Origin: a virus
DNA: 64,000 nt
IMG/VR virus record: IMGVR_UViG_3300048834_000169
Span: 1 to 64,000 of that record
Reading direction: 5' to 3' (one strand)
In this document: in pieces, positions 8,988 through 17,863 of the stretch
Layout: the number at the start of each line of letters is the position of its first letter
Numbering within the stretch: the first letter of the stretch is position 1
Translations under genes and position numbers: made by a program
Notes under the pieces: model-generated
What the model saw: only the letters and a program-made list of their open reading frames with translations
Databases searched by the model: none
Told to the model about the DNA's origin: nothing

Positions 8988-9000
8988 TTCATTTCACCCC

Positions 9001-9393
9001 TCATAAACCTTCTAATAGTTCCTCGTAATCCGCTGCCACTAGTATAGCCTCTCTTAGGTGCGGGAATTTTTTTACAACTTTAGCATAGGCTCTGCGGTAT
9101 GTCCACATGTGCAGCTTAGTGCTCAAGTATGTCAAGCCTGACCAGTATAGTATGCGGCTACCGTAAAACAAGTCGAAGGTCCATAACCATTTAGGGAACT
9201 GACTATACACATATCTCGGATACACTATGCTATGTAGGGAGTACCAGCCTAGCCCCGTATAGCATCTAAGAGTCCCATACTTCTCTTTTATATCCCTTAC
9301 CGGCACACGATAAAACGCTAGCTCTTCGCTCAACATTTCTCCGGCCTCAAATAGACCGTTATAGTCAAATGGCTGAGATTTATCGTCACTCAT
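9001..9393 (-). CDS. Conserved phage hypothetical protein
   Basis: IKEKYGTLRCY motif, which recurs in phage proteins. Confidence 0.6.
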   Translation of the reverse strand: MSDDKSQPFDYNGLFEAGEMLSEELAFYRVPVRDIKEKYGTLRCYTGLGWYSLHSIVYPRYVYSQFPKWLWTFDLFYGSRILYWSGLTYLSTKLHMWTYRRAYAKVVKKFPHLREAILVAADYEELLEGL

Positions 9394-9411
9394 GCACCCA
9401 TTTTAGCACTG

Positions 9412-11583
9412 TTATTTAGCTTGTGCAAGACTCTGGGTAGTAATAGCGGGGGTGGCCTTCAGCTTTACTCTCAACATATTAGCCACTTTATTATCTATCA
9501 TACACTGCGCTAATACCTCGGAAGCCTTTTGCGCGCCCGCTGCGGGCACTTGGAGTATGATCTCGTCATGGACATTGAGCATTATGGAAGCCCCTAGGCC
9601 TAGTTCTTTATTTTTGATAGAGAAGTCTATCATAGCCTGATTACAGACACTGGCCGCCAAACTCTGAATCTTATGGTTCTTAGCTACGTTAAGTGCGTTA
9701 CGACACTCAAGATATAGTGACTTACCGTCCTGTATTCCATCAATCTCGCCTAGTTTATCCATAATTTGAAAGCACGTCATTTTGCTAAAGTTTCGCACGC
9801 CGTACTTAGAATACAGTTTATGAATGGTCGCGTTTCGTTTACGCCTTCCTACTATGCTCTCAACATAGCCATACTTCTTCATATCTAGTTCAGACCTATC
9901 CATCCATTTCTTTAGTACCGGAAATGCTTTAAGATATTTGTCGTAGACTTCCTGAGCCTCGTCATAGTCTATGCGCATCATTTGAGAAAGCCGACCCGCG
10001 GAAGCTCCGTAAGGTATCGATAATGCTATGCCTTTTATCCACTGACGCTTTTCCTTATCTACTTTACCGAGGTAATTTTCGTCCTTAGGGTTAGCAGATA
10101 CATTCTTCAATCCTAGAACGTTTACGGCAATAGAGCTGTAAAAATCTAGATTATTATTCATGGTATCAATTAGCACAGTCTCGCCACTTTCGTTAGAAAA
10201 GATGTGTGGCTCTAGGCTACTATAATCGATAGCAACAAAAGCGTTACCGTCATCGGGAATAAATCCTGCCTTAATTCTAGTGTCTTCTCTTGGAAGCGTC
10301 TGTAGATTTATGGAATCGCCGCCACAACTGTAACGGCCTGATGTTGTGCCTACCTGGTTAAAGCTTGGATATATTCGGCTATTTATGTGGGTCTGTAAAA
10401 TAGGCTCAACGTACGTAGACAAGAGCTTCTTCTCTTTAGATCTTTCCCGGAGTAGTTTTAATACTATGCTGCTATCTTCATATTGGGCGGCCAGCTCATC
10501 TAGCACGTCCTTAGATGTACTACGCTTGCCTGAGTTAGTAGTCTTATTAGAGGGTAACTTTAATATGTCGAATAGTAGATAGGCCTTGTCGTCTCCGCTA
10601 TCTAGGTTGAAAATCCTGTTAGTGCCGTGCTTATCTTTGTACCAATGCATCATGGCCTTATTGTGAATCTCGGAATTGTCTTTCCAGGGCCACAAATTAT
10701 TCAAGGCTAAAAACTTTCCAAAGTCTGATCTAGGGGTAATATTCACGCCTTTTCGTATCTTATCGCGTGAATACTCGGTCAACTTATCGTCTATTAACGC
10801 AAATATCTCAGATTCGAGGTTGGAGATCTTGTCTAACATGTCTAGCTTAAGCTTCTCAAAATAAGGTACATTAATACGTACCCCTGTGGTATTAAGCTGG
10901 TATGTGACTTCAATTAATGGATATACTTCCTCGTTCCACAGCTTAATAAGCTTAGGGTCTTTGGCAATAGCCGGCCAGAACATGTCATAAAGTCGTCTAG
11001 TGTAGATTACGTCGTAAATAGCATAGTGGCCTAAGAGCTTCCAGTCCCCGCGGTAGAAGTCCTTTTGTTTCTTAGTCCAAGACCCTCCATTGGCTATCAC
11101 TGACTGCTTAAGATCGTCTTGTGGACTGTCAGCATCTGGGTCTAGGTGCAGGACAGCTAACTTTTTTAACCCAAAAGGGCCTTCCTCATTTATAGCTGTG
11201 TGATAGATTAGGGCAGTATCGGCTAGGATGTAAGGGAGGATGTCAATCCCAAAGGTGTTTTGGATGACTTTGGCGTCAAACGTACAGTTGTGTAGTAATA
11301 ACCGTTTAGACTTCGTAAAAACGTCTATAAGCGTTGATACTAATACCTGGTAGGCTGAGTCGGTCCATGGTCTAAAAAGGCCGCTATCGGGCTTATAGAG
11401 CGTTATAGGGATATAATAGCCGGTGTCTGGCGAAGTAGCCATGGATACGCCTATTACATTGGCAAATCGCCCTACCCCATCAGACTCTGTATCTAGCGCT
11501 AATAATTCGGCGGCCATTAGCTCGTCTTTAATGGCTAAGAGGTCCGCCGTATTAGTAATCAGCTTACCGTTAATAGGGATCAT
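9412..11583 (-). CDS. polA: DNA polymerase family A (3'-5' exonuclease plus polymerase)
   Basis: LDTES ExoI, HNCTFD ExoII, YAIYD ExoIII, TTSGRYS, DYSSLE motif A, RQWIKGIALSIPYG motif B, VHDE motif C. Confidence 0.95.
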   Translation of the reverse strand: MIPINGKLITNTADLLAIKDELMAAELLALDTESDGVGRFANVIGVSMATSPDTGYYIPITLYKPDSGLFRPWTDSAYQVLVSTLIDVFTKSKRLLLHNCTFDAKVIQNTFGIDILPYILADTALIYHTAINEEGPFGLKKLAVLHLDPDADSPQDDLKQSVIANGGSWTKKQKDFYRGDWKLLGHYAIYDVIYTRRLYDMFWPAIAKDPKLIKLWNEEVYPLIEVTYQLNTTGVRINVPYFEKLKLDMLDKISNLESEIFALIDDKLTEYSRDKIRKGVNITPRSDFGKFLALNNLWPWKDNSEIHNKAMMHWYKDKHGTNRIFNLDSGDDKAYLLFDILKLPSNKTTNSGKRSTSKDVLDELAAQYEDSSIVLKLLRERSKEKKLLSTYVEPILQTHINSRIYPSFNQVGTTSGRYSCGGDSINLQTLPREDTRIKAGFIPDDGNAFVAIDYSSLEPHIFSNESGETVLIDTMNNNLDFYSSIAVNVLGLKNVSANPKDENYLGKVDKEKRQWIKGIALSIPYGASAGRLSQMMRIDYDEAQEVYDKYLKAFPVLKKWMDRSELDMKKYGYVESIVGRRKRNATIHKLYSKYGVRNFSKMTCFQIMDKLGEIDGIQDGKSLYLECRNALNVAKNHKIQSLAASVCNQAMIDFSIKNKELGLGASIMLNVHDEIILQVPAAGAQKASEVLAQCMIDNKVANMLRVKLKATPAITTQSLAQAK

Positions 11584-11585
11584 AT

Positions 11586-11888
11586 TCAGTTTAAGTTGCG
11601 CTTAGCCGGCTCGTCTTCTATATCAGAATCGTCCGGGCTGGCTAAAGATATCATTTGAATATCTGAATGTTTAATGGCCATGTGGGCTATGGGAGTTTCT
11701 TCAAGCGGCGAGAATTCGCCTAATGTCAAATACATGCTGTCGCTGTCTACTACCAGACCGACTACTTGAACTCTTCCAATAACTTCGCCCATACCATCCT
11801 GCTCTTCCATAGTGGTGACAATTCTAACGTATTGTCCTATGAACCAAGAAGCTGGCGGGAGATTAAGCTCGTAAAGAGGCTTAGTCAT
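11586..11888 (-). CDS. Hypothetical protein, possible Sm/LSm-like beta fold
   Basis: IGQYVRIVT...GLVVDSDSMYLTL...IKHSDI pattern, acidic tail. Confidence 0.55.
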   Translation of the reverse strand: MTKPLYELNLPPASWFIGQYVRIVTTMEEQDGMGEVIGRVQVVGLVVDSDSMYLTLGEFSPLEETPIAHMAIKHSDIQMISLASPDDSDIEDEPAKRNLN

Positions 11889-11895
11889 GGCACAC

Positions 11896-12165
11896 CTATT
11901 CAGGTAATATTTCTGTTTGAGTTTCTAAGTTTACTGTGGCTCGGCTACGCGTAAACGGATTAATAAAAGATAGTGCAAGGTCGTCCTCTACAAATCCGCA
12001 TTCGGGCTGCATTGCGGGCGGCATTACAAGTTCTGCCATTTTCAGGCACCCATAAACTGATCCGCTGATTCGCCCTGCTTTATAAAGGCCCGCGCCTCCT
12101 GCGATAAGAAATAAGCCGGCTAATACGCCAGCGCTAATAATAAGGTATCTTCTAAGTTTTTGCAT
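11896..12165 (-). CDS. Small membrane protein
   Basis: TM helix; GGGGAG SD. Confidence 0.65.
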   Translation of the reverse strand: MQKLRRYLIISAGVLAGLFLIAGGAGLYKAGRISGSVYGCLKMAELVMPPAMQPECGFVEDDLALSFINPFTRSRATVNLETQTEILPE

Positions 12166-12185
12166 GATAATCTCCCCTCACTTTT

Positions 12186-12214
12186 ATATTACACTAGAAT
12201 AGCTTACAGAGCAA
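12186..12214 (-). promoter_or_regulatory. Sigma70-like promoter TTGCTC-17-TAATAT
   Basis: Correct spacing in the intergenic gap upstream of the polA operon. Confidence 0.5.
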
Positions 12215-15178
12215 CTAGAAGTTGCCCCACCCGTCTTTTTCAGTGTCCTTTGTCTCTAAGATCTCTAAGTCTGCTTCTTCCTCGGAGCTAAGCGAGCGAA
12301 TGTTACCAGTCATGCCATCCCAGCCAAGCCCCACAGAAAACTCTTTACCCATGCGCGTCTTTAAGGCTGCAATGCGAAGATACTTATCTTGATCGCCTTT
12401 ATTATAGCCAGGCCTCCACAGGCCAAACAGTACCGTAGCGGATTCCTCAATAGCGGAAGATCCTTTAGCAATTCGGCTATCTGTAAGAGGTGTAGCAGGG
12501 CCGCCCTTAGACCTTGCAATCTGAGCTAAGCTAATAATAAGCGTTTCAGTCTCGTTAGCTAAGTCCGATAGTTTGGGGGCGATATAAGCTAGATTAGCCG
12601 TCTCATCGGAATAGGGCCCTCGAATTCGATTAATGAAATCGTACACTACGAGTTTAAGATCGGAGCCGTGTTGGTCCTTCATGGCCAGTAGATTTTCTCT
12701 AAGCTCACCAATCTCTACTCCAGACCTAAAGTCGAAGAATACGTTCTTGTACTCTTCCATGATCTTTTGCTGGATTTCTTTGATGCGCTTCTGATCTTTG
12801 TTCTTAAAGATATCGTAGAGCCTCTTATCAGTTAGTCCGCTTACTTTCTGGGCCAGCTTTTGGTAGATTAGTGGGGCCCCCATATCCATGCTGCCCATGA
12901 CTGCCTTTAGACCAGCTTTACTGGCGTTGTTTAAAATATTTAGAATAGTGCTAGTATTATGTGTGACTGTAAAGTCTGTGCCCAGCACAAATCGTTTATT
13001 ACCGTCAATCTCAAACCCAAAATACTCTCCAAAACCTATATTCTCTAGTGAGATTTTAGTGCAGTCTTGATATCTCTGTTTAATCTGAGCTACGGCCCTT
13101 TTTCTTGCAAGCTTATTCGGTATAAGATCTAATCTGTCCCCAGTTAGATAAGCCCTATAAGCAACTGCATCCCCTTCGTAGAGTTTTCCTTTAGTAAAAG
13201 ATCTGTAATGCTTTAATTCTCTCTTATAGGTACACTTATACCCTACGGAGCGACATAGCCACTGAAATTGCTGCATAAGTCGCTCATCCGAGGATGTGAA
13301 TTCAAAAGTATTTTTATTGGGATCGTAGTGCCCGTCAGAGTCTAATAAGCCTGCGATTAAATCTAACCTCTGCGCCTTAGATCCCGTTAGATATATCCTA
13401 TGGACGTGCTTATCATTTACAAGCTCCAGTTCTCTAAGCGTATTAACGAATTCGTTTTTATTCCCGTAAAAATATACGGATACTCCATTCTCCGACTCGC
13501 GCGCAGCGTTAAACTTATAACCCTTAGCTGTGGCGTAGTTTTTAATATACTCCAAAACTTCCACGTCTTTCGCATGCATACTCACTTGAGGTTTTGATTT
13601 GCTGCCGTTGCCTAGCCAGTATCCCATAAGATAAGCAGGAATGGGTTGCGATTTTTCTTCGAATTCAACAGCCGCCTTGTATCCTTTAAAGCACTCTTTG
13701 AATTTACCGCTTGCATTTAGGTACTCTTTAACTGAAATATCTACTACTCTATTAGCGATATAAGTCTTAGTGGCCTTGTGTTGCTGATCATTAGTACACT
13801 TTAAGGACAAAATGTGAGACTCGTTTACTATGTAGTCTGCTCCATCTTCTTGGCTCACTTTATATAACGTTTCAGAACCTCTTGCTAGCGACAATACGGT
13901 ACGAGGAGTAGAATCGTCTCCCATAAGCAAGTCGCCTACTTTAACGTCTTCGACTACCTTAGTACTACCGTCGTACATTAGTACTAAGGTCCCCTTACCT
14001 AGACATTTGCCTGAGCCACTCGAACCCGCTATAACTACGTGACTGTGGGTCTGTAGTCTAATACTATCATCAATAGTATCTATTCCAGTCTTAATAGTAT
14101 TTTTATCGATGTTAGTGGCGTAGTTAGAGAAGATGTCTGACACTGAGTCAATCGTTACAAACTCTTTCTTAGCCTTACCGCTACACTTGCCACCGGTAGG
14201 GCAAATAGCCTTTAACCAGTCATGATCTGCGCAAGAGTACGTGGCACCTTTCCAGTGAGGGCCGTACAGCACTTCTATAATATTGTTCCAGATCTCAGTC
14301 TTATCGAACGGCGTTTGGTTATAACGCCTACCTTGAAGTTCGGCTGCACCCTTCAGGATTCTATAATTAACTTCTTTTGGCACGCCTTTAGATTTGTAAT
14401 GTGCGCCTAAAGCCATTAGCGCGTTATTGCGATTACCAGATGGGAAGTCCCCATTTAGGATGCGATACTTACAGGAGGGCATGCCGCGTTCTTTTTTAGA
14501 GTAATCGATGTCACCAACCTCGGCGATGGGCGTAACTTCTGGGGCGCTATTAGCGAGCGCTAGAATGGCCTGAGGAAGCTCTACGCCGTCTACGGCAGGA
14601 GAGGCTGCGTTATCCAAGTTCTTAGCCAGCTCCTTAATCTGGTCCATATTAAACTCGCTTAACTGTTCGATGCTAATAGGGAGTTTGTACAGCCCAGTGG
14701 CGGGGTGCTTAGTATAAGGGACGCGAAATACCCTAGACGCATTATAGATCTTAGTGTCCAGCGTATTTAGTCCAGTGGCTAAGTTCTGGGCTACATTTTT
14801 TAATTGAGTGGGCGTAAAGGAGTGAACAGTTTCTAATTCTACACTAAAGCCTTTAGAGCCTGAATAGGATACAAGCATCTGGTCTCTAGCGACGCCTAAG
14901 CTAATTAGTCTAGATACCAGCTCTACTGTGTCCTTTCTAGCTTGCTCTGTGTCGTCCTTACTATCAAAGTCGAACACTAAGCTAGGAGTGACTACATCGA
15001 CTATACCGGCTACGGTCTTAGTCTTCTGAAACTCGTTAAACTGATTCTCTGAGTAGCGATAGACACTTCTATAGTAATCGCTATTATAATCCTTAATGAA
15101 CTTAGAGATCTCATTAGGGGGGATAAGTTTACCGTAATCTGAAAGTCCTTTAGTAAGTCGTACGTAATTCACTTGCAC
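12215..15178 (-). CDS. AEP primase / DnaB-like helicase fusion containing an intein
   Basis: LVFDFD and SGSKG primase motifs; Walker A AGSSGSGK/T split by the intein; VVYDFI Walker B; LAQIAR; KGSSAIEE. Confidence 0.92.
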   Translation of the reverse strand: MQVNYVRLTKGLSDYGKLIPPNEISKFIKDYNSDYYRSVYRYSENQFNEFQKTKTVAGIVDVVTPSLVFDFDSKDDTEQARKDTVELVSRLISLGVARDQMLVSYSGSKGFSVELETVHSFTPTQLKNVAQNLATGLNTLDTKIYNASRVFRVPYTKHPATGLYKLPISIEQLSEFNMDQIKELAKNLDNAASPAVDGVELPQAILALANSAPEVTPIAEVGDIDYSKKERGMPSCKYRILNGDFPSGNRNNALMALGAHYKSKGVPKEVNYRILKGAAELQGRRYNQTPFDKTEIWNNIIEVLYGPHWKGATYSCADHDWLKAICPTGGKCSGKAKKEFVTIDSVSDIFSNYATNIDKNTIKTGIDTIDDSIRLQTHSHVVIAGSSGSGKCLGKGTLVLMYDGSTKVVEDVKVGDLLMGDDSTPRTVLSLARGSETLYKVSQEDGADYIVNESHILSLKCTNDQQHKATKTYIANRVVDISVKEYLNASGKFKECFKGYKAAVEFEEKSQPIPAYLMGYWLGNGSKSKPQVSMHAKDVEVLEYIKNYATAKGYKFNAARESENGVSVYFYGNKNEFVNTLRELELVNDKHVHRIYLTGSKAQRLDLIAGLLDSDGHYDPNKNTFEFTSSDERLMQQFQWLCRSVGYKCTYKRELKHYRSFTKGKLYEGDAVAYRAYLTGDRLDLIPNKLARKRAVAQIKQRYQDCTKISLENIGFGEYFGFEIDGNKRFVLGTDFTVTHNTSTILNILNNASKAGLKAVMGSMDMGAPLIYQKLAQKVSGLTDKRLYDIFKNKDQKRIKEIQQKIMEEYKNVFFDFRSGVEIGELRENLLAMKDQHGSDLKLVVYDFINRIRGPYSDETANLAYIAPKLSDLANETETLIISLAQIARSKGGPATPLTDSRIAKGSSAIEESATVLFGLWRPGYNKGDQDKYLRIAALKTRMGKEFSVGLGWDGMTGNIRSLSSEEEADLEILETKDTEKDGWGNF
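12956..14005 (-). mobile_element. Intein (350 aa) with LAGLIDADG homing endonuclease
   Basis: Starts CLGKGT after the Walker A Lys; block B NESHIL; LMGYWLGNG and LIAGLLDSDG motifs; ends VTHN before Thr+1. Confidence 0.93.
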
Positions 15179-15213
15179 AGTCCGCTCCTATATGTAAAGT
15201 TAGTGCCTTAAGT

Positions 15214-15546
15214 TTACTTAGCTCTCTTAATAATGTTTCGATCTGCAAAGGCTTCTTCGAACGAAATCTTAGAGTACTCGTCTGAGGTAATAAGTTGCCC
15301 CTTATACCAGCTTCGGCTAATCTTCCTTGTAGGATTAAGATTCAATCTAAAGGGATTAGATAGGCGAAGTTTAAAGTTTGAGGCGTATGAATGAATCACC
15401 CGCTTAGGAGGCATCAATACCGGCATATCTAACACTTCTTTGGGAATGTTATCTGGATTTGAGAAATCTACGTTAGCTAGATCTATTGCAGGCGCCTCTA
15501 AGCTAGGCTCCACAACTTCGGGCGCGCTTGTTTTATCATCAGTCAT
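15214..15546 (-). CDS. Hypothetical protein
   Basis: AAGGAG SD upstream. Confidence 0.65.
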   Translation of the reverse strand: MTDDKTSAPEVVEPSLEAPAIDLANVDFSNPDNIPKEVLDMPVLMPPKRVIHSYASNFKLRLSNPFRLNLNPTRKISRSWYKGQLITSDEYSKISFEEAFADRNIIKRAK

Positions 15547-15574
15547 ATTATCTCCTTTGTTTAGTGCGGTATAC

Positions 15575-16135
15575 TTACAGGTTAAACAGAATTCGCCTAA
15601 TAGTCAACGGCGCGATGGTCCCGGAGTTATTACCCTCTAGTATCAATAACATGTTATCTGTTACTTGGAATACTTCGTCGCTACCTTCGGCTAATGAATT
15701 TACGTGTGATCCCGAACAACTGCTGTTTGGGTAGATCCTAACGTCATTGGCAGTGGTGGATGATTTTTTAGCGCTAAAGTTATTCCCTAGATCAAAGCAC
15801 GAGACGTGGTTAGTGAAGTTGAACGACGTTACTGAAGCCACTGAATTATTACCGTCTGTGCCGTTACAGGAGACTAGTCCGGACTGGAATACATCTCCGG
15901 CACTCACTGTTCCAGAAGAGTCCGTATCTTGGTACACGTCTATTGCGGTTCCAGTAGAGGACGGGCACTCCAGTGCAGTAGCTGTTCTGGCCTGGCTAAT
16001 TAAAGCTAGCCCATTTACACCGTCAGCTCCATCGGCACCATCTACCCCGTTTATACCATTAATTCCTGGCAATAGCTGAGTCTGCGGTGATCCGCATGAC
16101 GCCAGCATTGCTGCCAGCAAAATCTTGTATTTCAT
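15575..16135 (-). CDS. Lipoprotein with short collagen-like Gly-X-Y stretch
   Basis: MKYKILLAAMLASC lipobox; GINGINGVDGADGADGVNG; AGGAG SD. Confidence 0.75.
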   Translation of the reverse strand: MKYKILLAAMLASCGSPQTQLLPGINGINGVDGADGADGVNGLALISQARTATALECPSSTGTAIDVYQDTDSSGTVSAGDVFQSGLVSCNGTDGNNSVASVTSFNFTNHVSCFDLGNNFSAKKSSTTANDVRIYPNSSCSGSHVNSLAEGSDEVFQVTDNMLLILEGNNSGTIAPLTIRRILFNL

Positions 16136-16148
16136 CTTAGCTCCTATA

Positions 16149-16433
16149 TTAGATAAAACGAACGTCGTCGGCAAGCACTTCTACGTAACTCTTACCCTCG
16201 TGAGTACGAGTCTGAACTCGCCCCTCTACGATTACCGCCTTACCTTTTGTAAGAAACTTCTTACACGTATCTGCCAATTTACCAAACATCTTCACATTAA
16301 AGTATTCAGTCTCTTTCTTTTCGCCACGCCCGAAGTTAGTGGCTACTCGAATTTTAACCATGGACTGATCAGGTAAATTAATTACGTCTGGATCTTGAAC
16401 TAAGTTTCCAGCTAATACGATTTTATTATACAT
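16149..16433 (-). CDS. ssb: Single-stranded DNA-binding protein (OB fold, no acidic tail)
   Basis: NKIVLAGNLVQDP...VATN...KGKAVIVEGR. Confidence 0.9.
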   Translation of the reverse strand: MYNKIVLAGNLVQDPDVINLPDQSMVKIRVATNFGRGEKKETEYFNVKMFGKLADTCKKFLTKGKAVIVEGRVQTRTHEGKSYVEVLADDVRFI

Positions 16434-16695
16434 TGCTAATCCTTTCATTAGTGCTCTTATTATTGCTAATCTCTACTACACTGGCGCTGATAATAGTGGC
16501 AGTGTTCAGAAAAACTTCTGACCCGAACGCATCTGTTACATTCTCTATCTTCACTAAATTGCGCTTATGTAACTTAGCCACCGCTGCGCTAGCCGAGGTG
16601 GCATTAAGCTCTACAAAAAAGATATTGCCGTCGACAAGGTACAGCATTACCCTAAATTTCTTAGACTTTCTATAGGCCTTAGACTTACTCCTCAT
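16426..16695 (-). CDS. Hypothetical protein
   Basis: Packed in operon. Confidence 0.55.
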   Translation of the reverse strand: MRSKSKAYRKSKKFRVMLYLVDGNIFFVELNATSASAAVAKLHKRNLVKIENVTDAFGSEVFLNTATIISASVVEISNNKSTNERISNV

Positions 16696-16936
16696 TTTTA
16701 ACCTGCAATTCGAACATTATGAAGCTTGGTGTCTTTTCGCCACGCTCTCTAATCTTTTCGAGTACCTCGTCTGACACCTTTCCAGCGAGTTTATCCGCTA
16801 GGGTTCTTGGATTAACAAGGCTTACGAAAGAGCCAGCCTTGAGCGTAACATCCTCTTTAATCTTAATATAAGCTTCTTTAGTCACTTCGAAGTCTTTTGA
16901 TTTAATCACAGATCCAATTGTTTTATACTTAGCCAT
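16685..16936 (-). CDS. Hypothetical protein
   Basis: AAGGAG SD. Confidence 0.7.
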   Translation of the reverse strand: MAKYKTIGSVIKSKDFEVTKEAYIKIKEDVTLKAGSFVSLVNPRTLADKLAGKVSDEVLEKIRERGEKTPSFIMFELQVKNEE

Positions 16937-16950
16937 TTTATTATTCTCCT

Positions 16951-17055
16951 TTAAATGGTTATTGCCTTATAAACTACATATACTAGTGTTATTACTACCG
17001 CCGTAGCCGTCAATACTGTTTCGAAATCCGGTCGTGGTTGTTTGCGAGTTTTCAT
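16951..17055 (-). CDS. 34-aa single-TM protein (not in ORF track)
   Basis: MKTRKQPRPDFETVLTATAVVITLVYVVYKAITI; ATGA overlap with upstream gene; fills the gap. Confidence 0.55.
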   Translation of the reverse strand: MKTRKQPRPDFETVLTATAVVITLVYVVYKAITI

Positions 17056-17627
17056 GACCACTCATCTGAGCTAGGCACTGCTGCAGCGGCGCCAGGCTTC
17101 TGAAACATTGCCCTTTTTGTAGCGACGGGCTTGGTAACGCCTTCTGCCGTAGGGCTTACTGTACTTGTAACTTCAACGGTAGAGTTAGCTGCGGGACTAT
17201 TAGGGGCGGACAGTATTTCCGATTTCACTTCTTGCTTACGAACATTAACTACTGGACTGTCGATAATGCGTCCGCCTTCGTCTAAGTCTGCGAGCGCGTA
17301 TGCAGTACCGTACCCTAACATGGTGATAGCTCGGCCAATGGCCCCAGTTTCAGCCTTTTCTATAAAATCCGCAAAGTCCTTTTTAGATTCAGATTTAGTT
17401 CCTACGCCCTGCTTTATTAAACGGTTACTGCTATCAAATACCTTTACGGTAGCTTTGATAACTGCACGATCTTCAGACAAAGTAAGATTTTCAGTCTCGA
17501 TACTGAAAGCTCCACCTTCCGTATCTTCATTAAACCAAACTATCCTATGAGCTACCTGCATATACGGCTTACCTTTAAGGCTCATTAAGGGAAGGACTGT
17601 GCCCTTTTTTGTTTTTACTGTATCCAT
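17052..17627 (-). CDS. Putative single-strand annealing protein (Rad52/Sak-like)
   Basis: KGKPYMQVAHRIVWF and EKAETGAIGRA..LGYG motifs; acidic tail DEWS; near ssb and exonuclease. Confidence 0.6.
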   Translation of the reverse strand: MDTVKTKKGTVLPLMSLKGKPYMQVAHRIVWFNEDTEGGAFSIETENLTLSEDRAVIKATVKVFDSSNRLIKQGVGTKSESKKDFADFIEKAETGAIGRAITMLGYGTAYALADLDEGGRIIDSPVVNVRKQEVKSEILSAPNSPAANSTVEVTSTVSPTAEGVTKPVATKRAMFQKPGAAAAVPSSDEWS

Positions 17628-17646
17628 GATTTCCTCCAGTGTTTTT

Positions 17647-17675
17647 AGATTATACTAGTCTTCAGTGAATGTCAA
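17647..17675 (-). promoter_or_regulatory. Sigma70-like promoter TTGACA-17-TAATCT
   Basis: Perfect -35, 17-bp spacer, followed by GGAGG SD. Confidence 0.65.
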
Positions 17676-17863
17676 TGGTCAAAGACGGTAGGGATATGAG
17701 CTTTTGCTTCTTGCGCTTTGATGCTTTCCTGCTCAACCTTTAGTAAAAATTCGTGACATCTAGCGTTAGATAATACTACTACTACGTGCTGCAAGTTACT
17801 TAGTGTAGACGGACGATTGTAGTAAAGCTCTCTAGTTATTGCGATAAAGTTTAGCACTTGCAC
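17672..17863 (-). CDS. Hypothetical protein
   Basis: ORF filling the gap downstream of the ankyrin gene. Confidence 0.45.
   Translation of the reverse strand: MQVLNFIAITRELYYNRPSTLSNLQHVVVVLSNARCHEFLLKVEQESIKAQEAKAHIPTVFDH

Noticed and set aside
16937-17051. tRNA or ncRNA in this gap (contains TTCGAAA)
   Set aside because: No cloverleaf; the gap is filled by a 34-aa coupled ORF on the minus strand.
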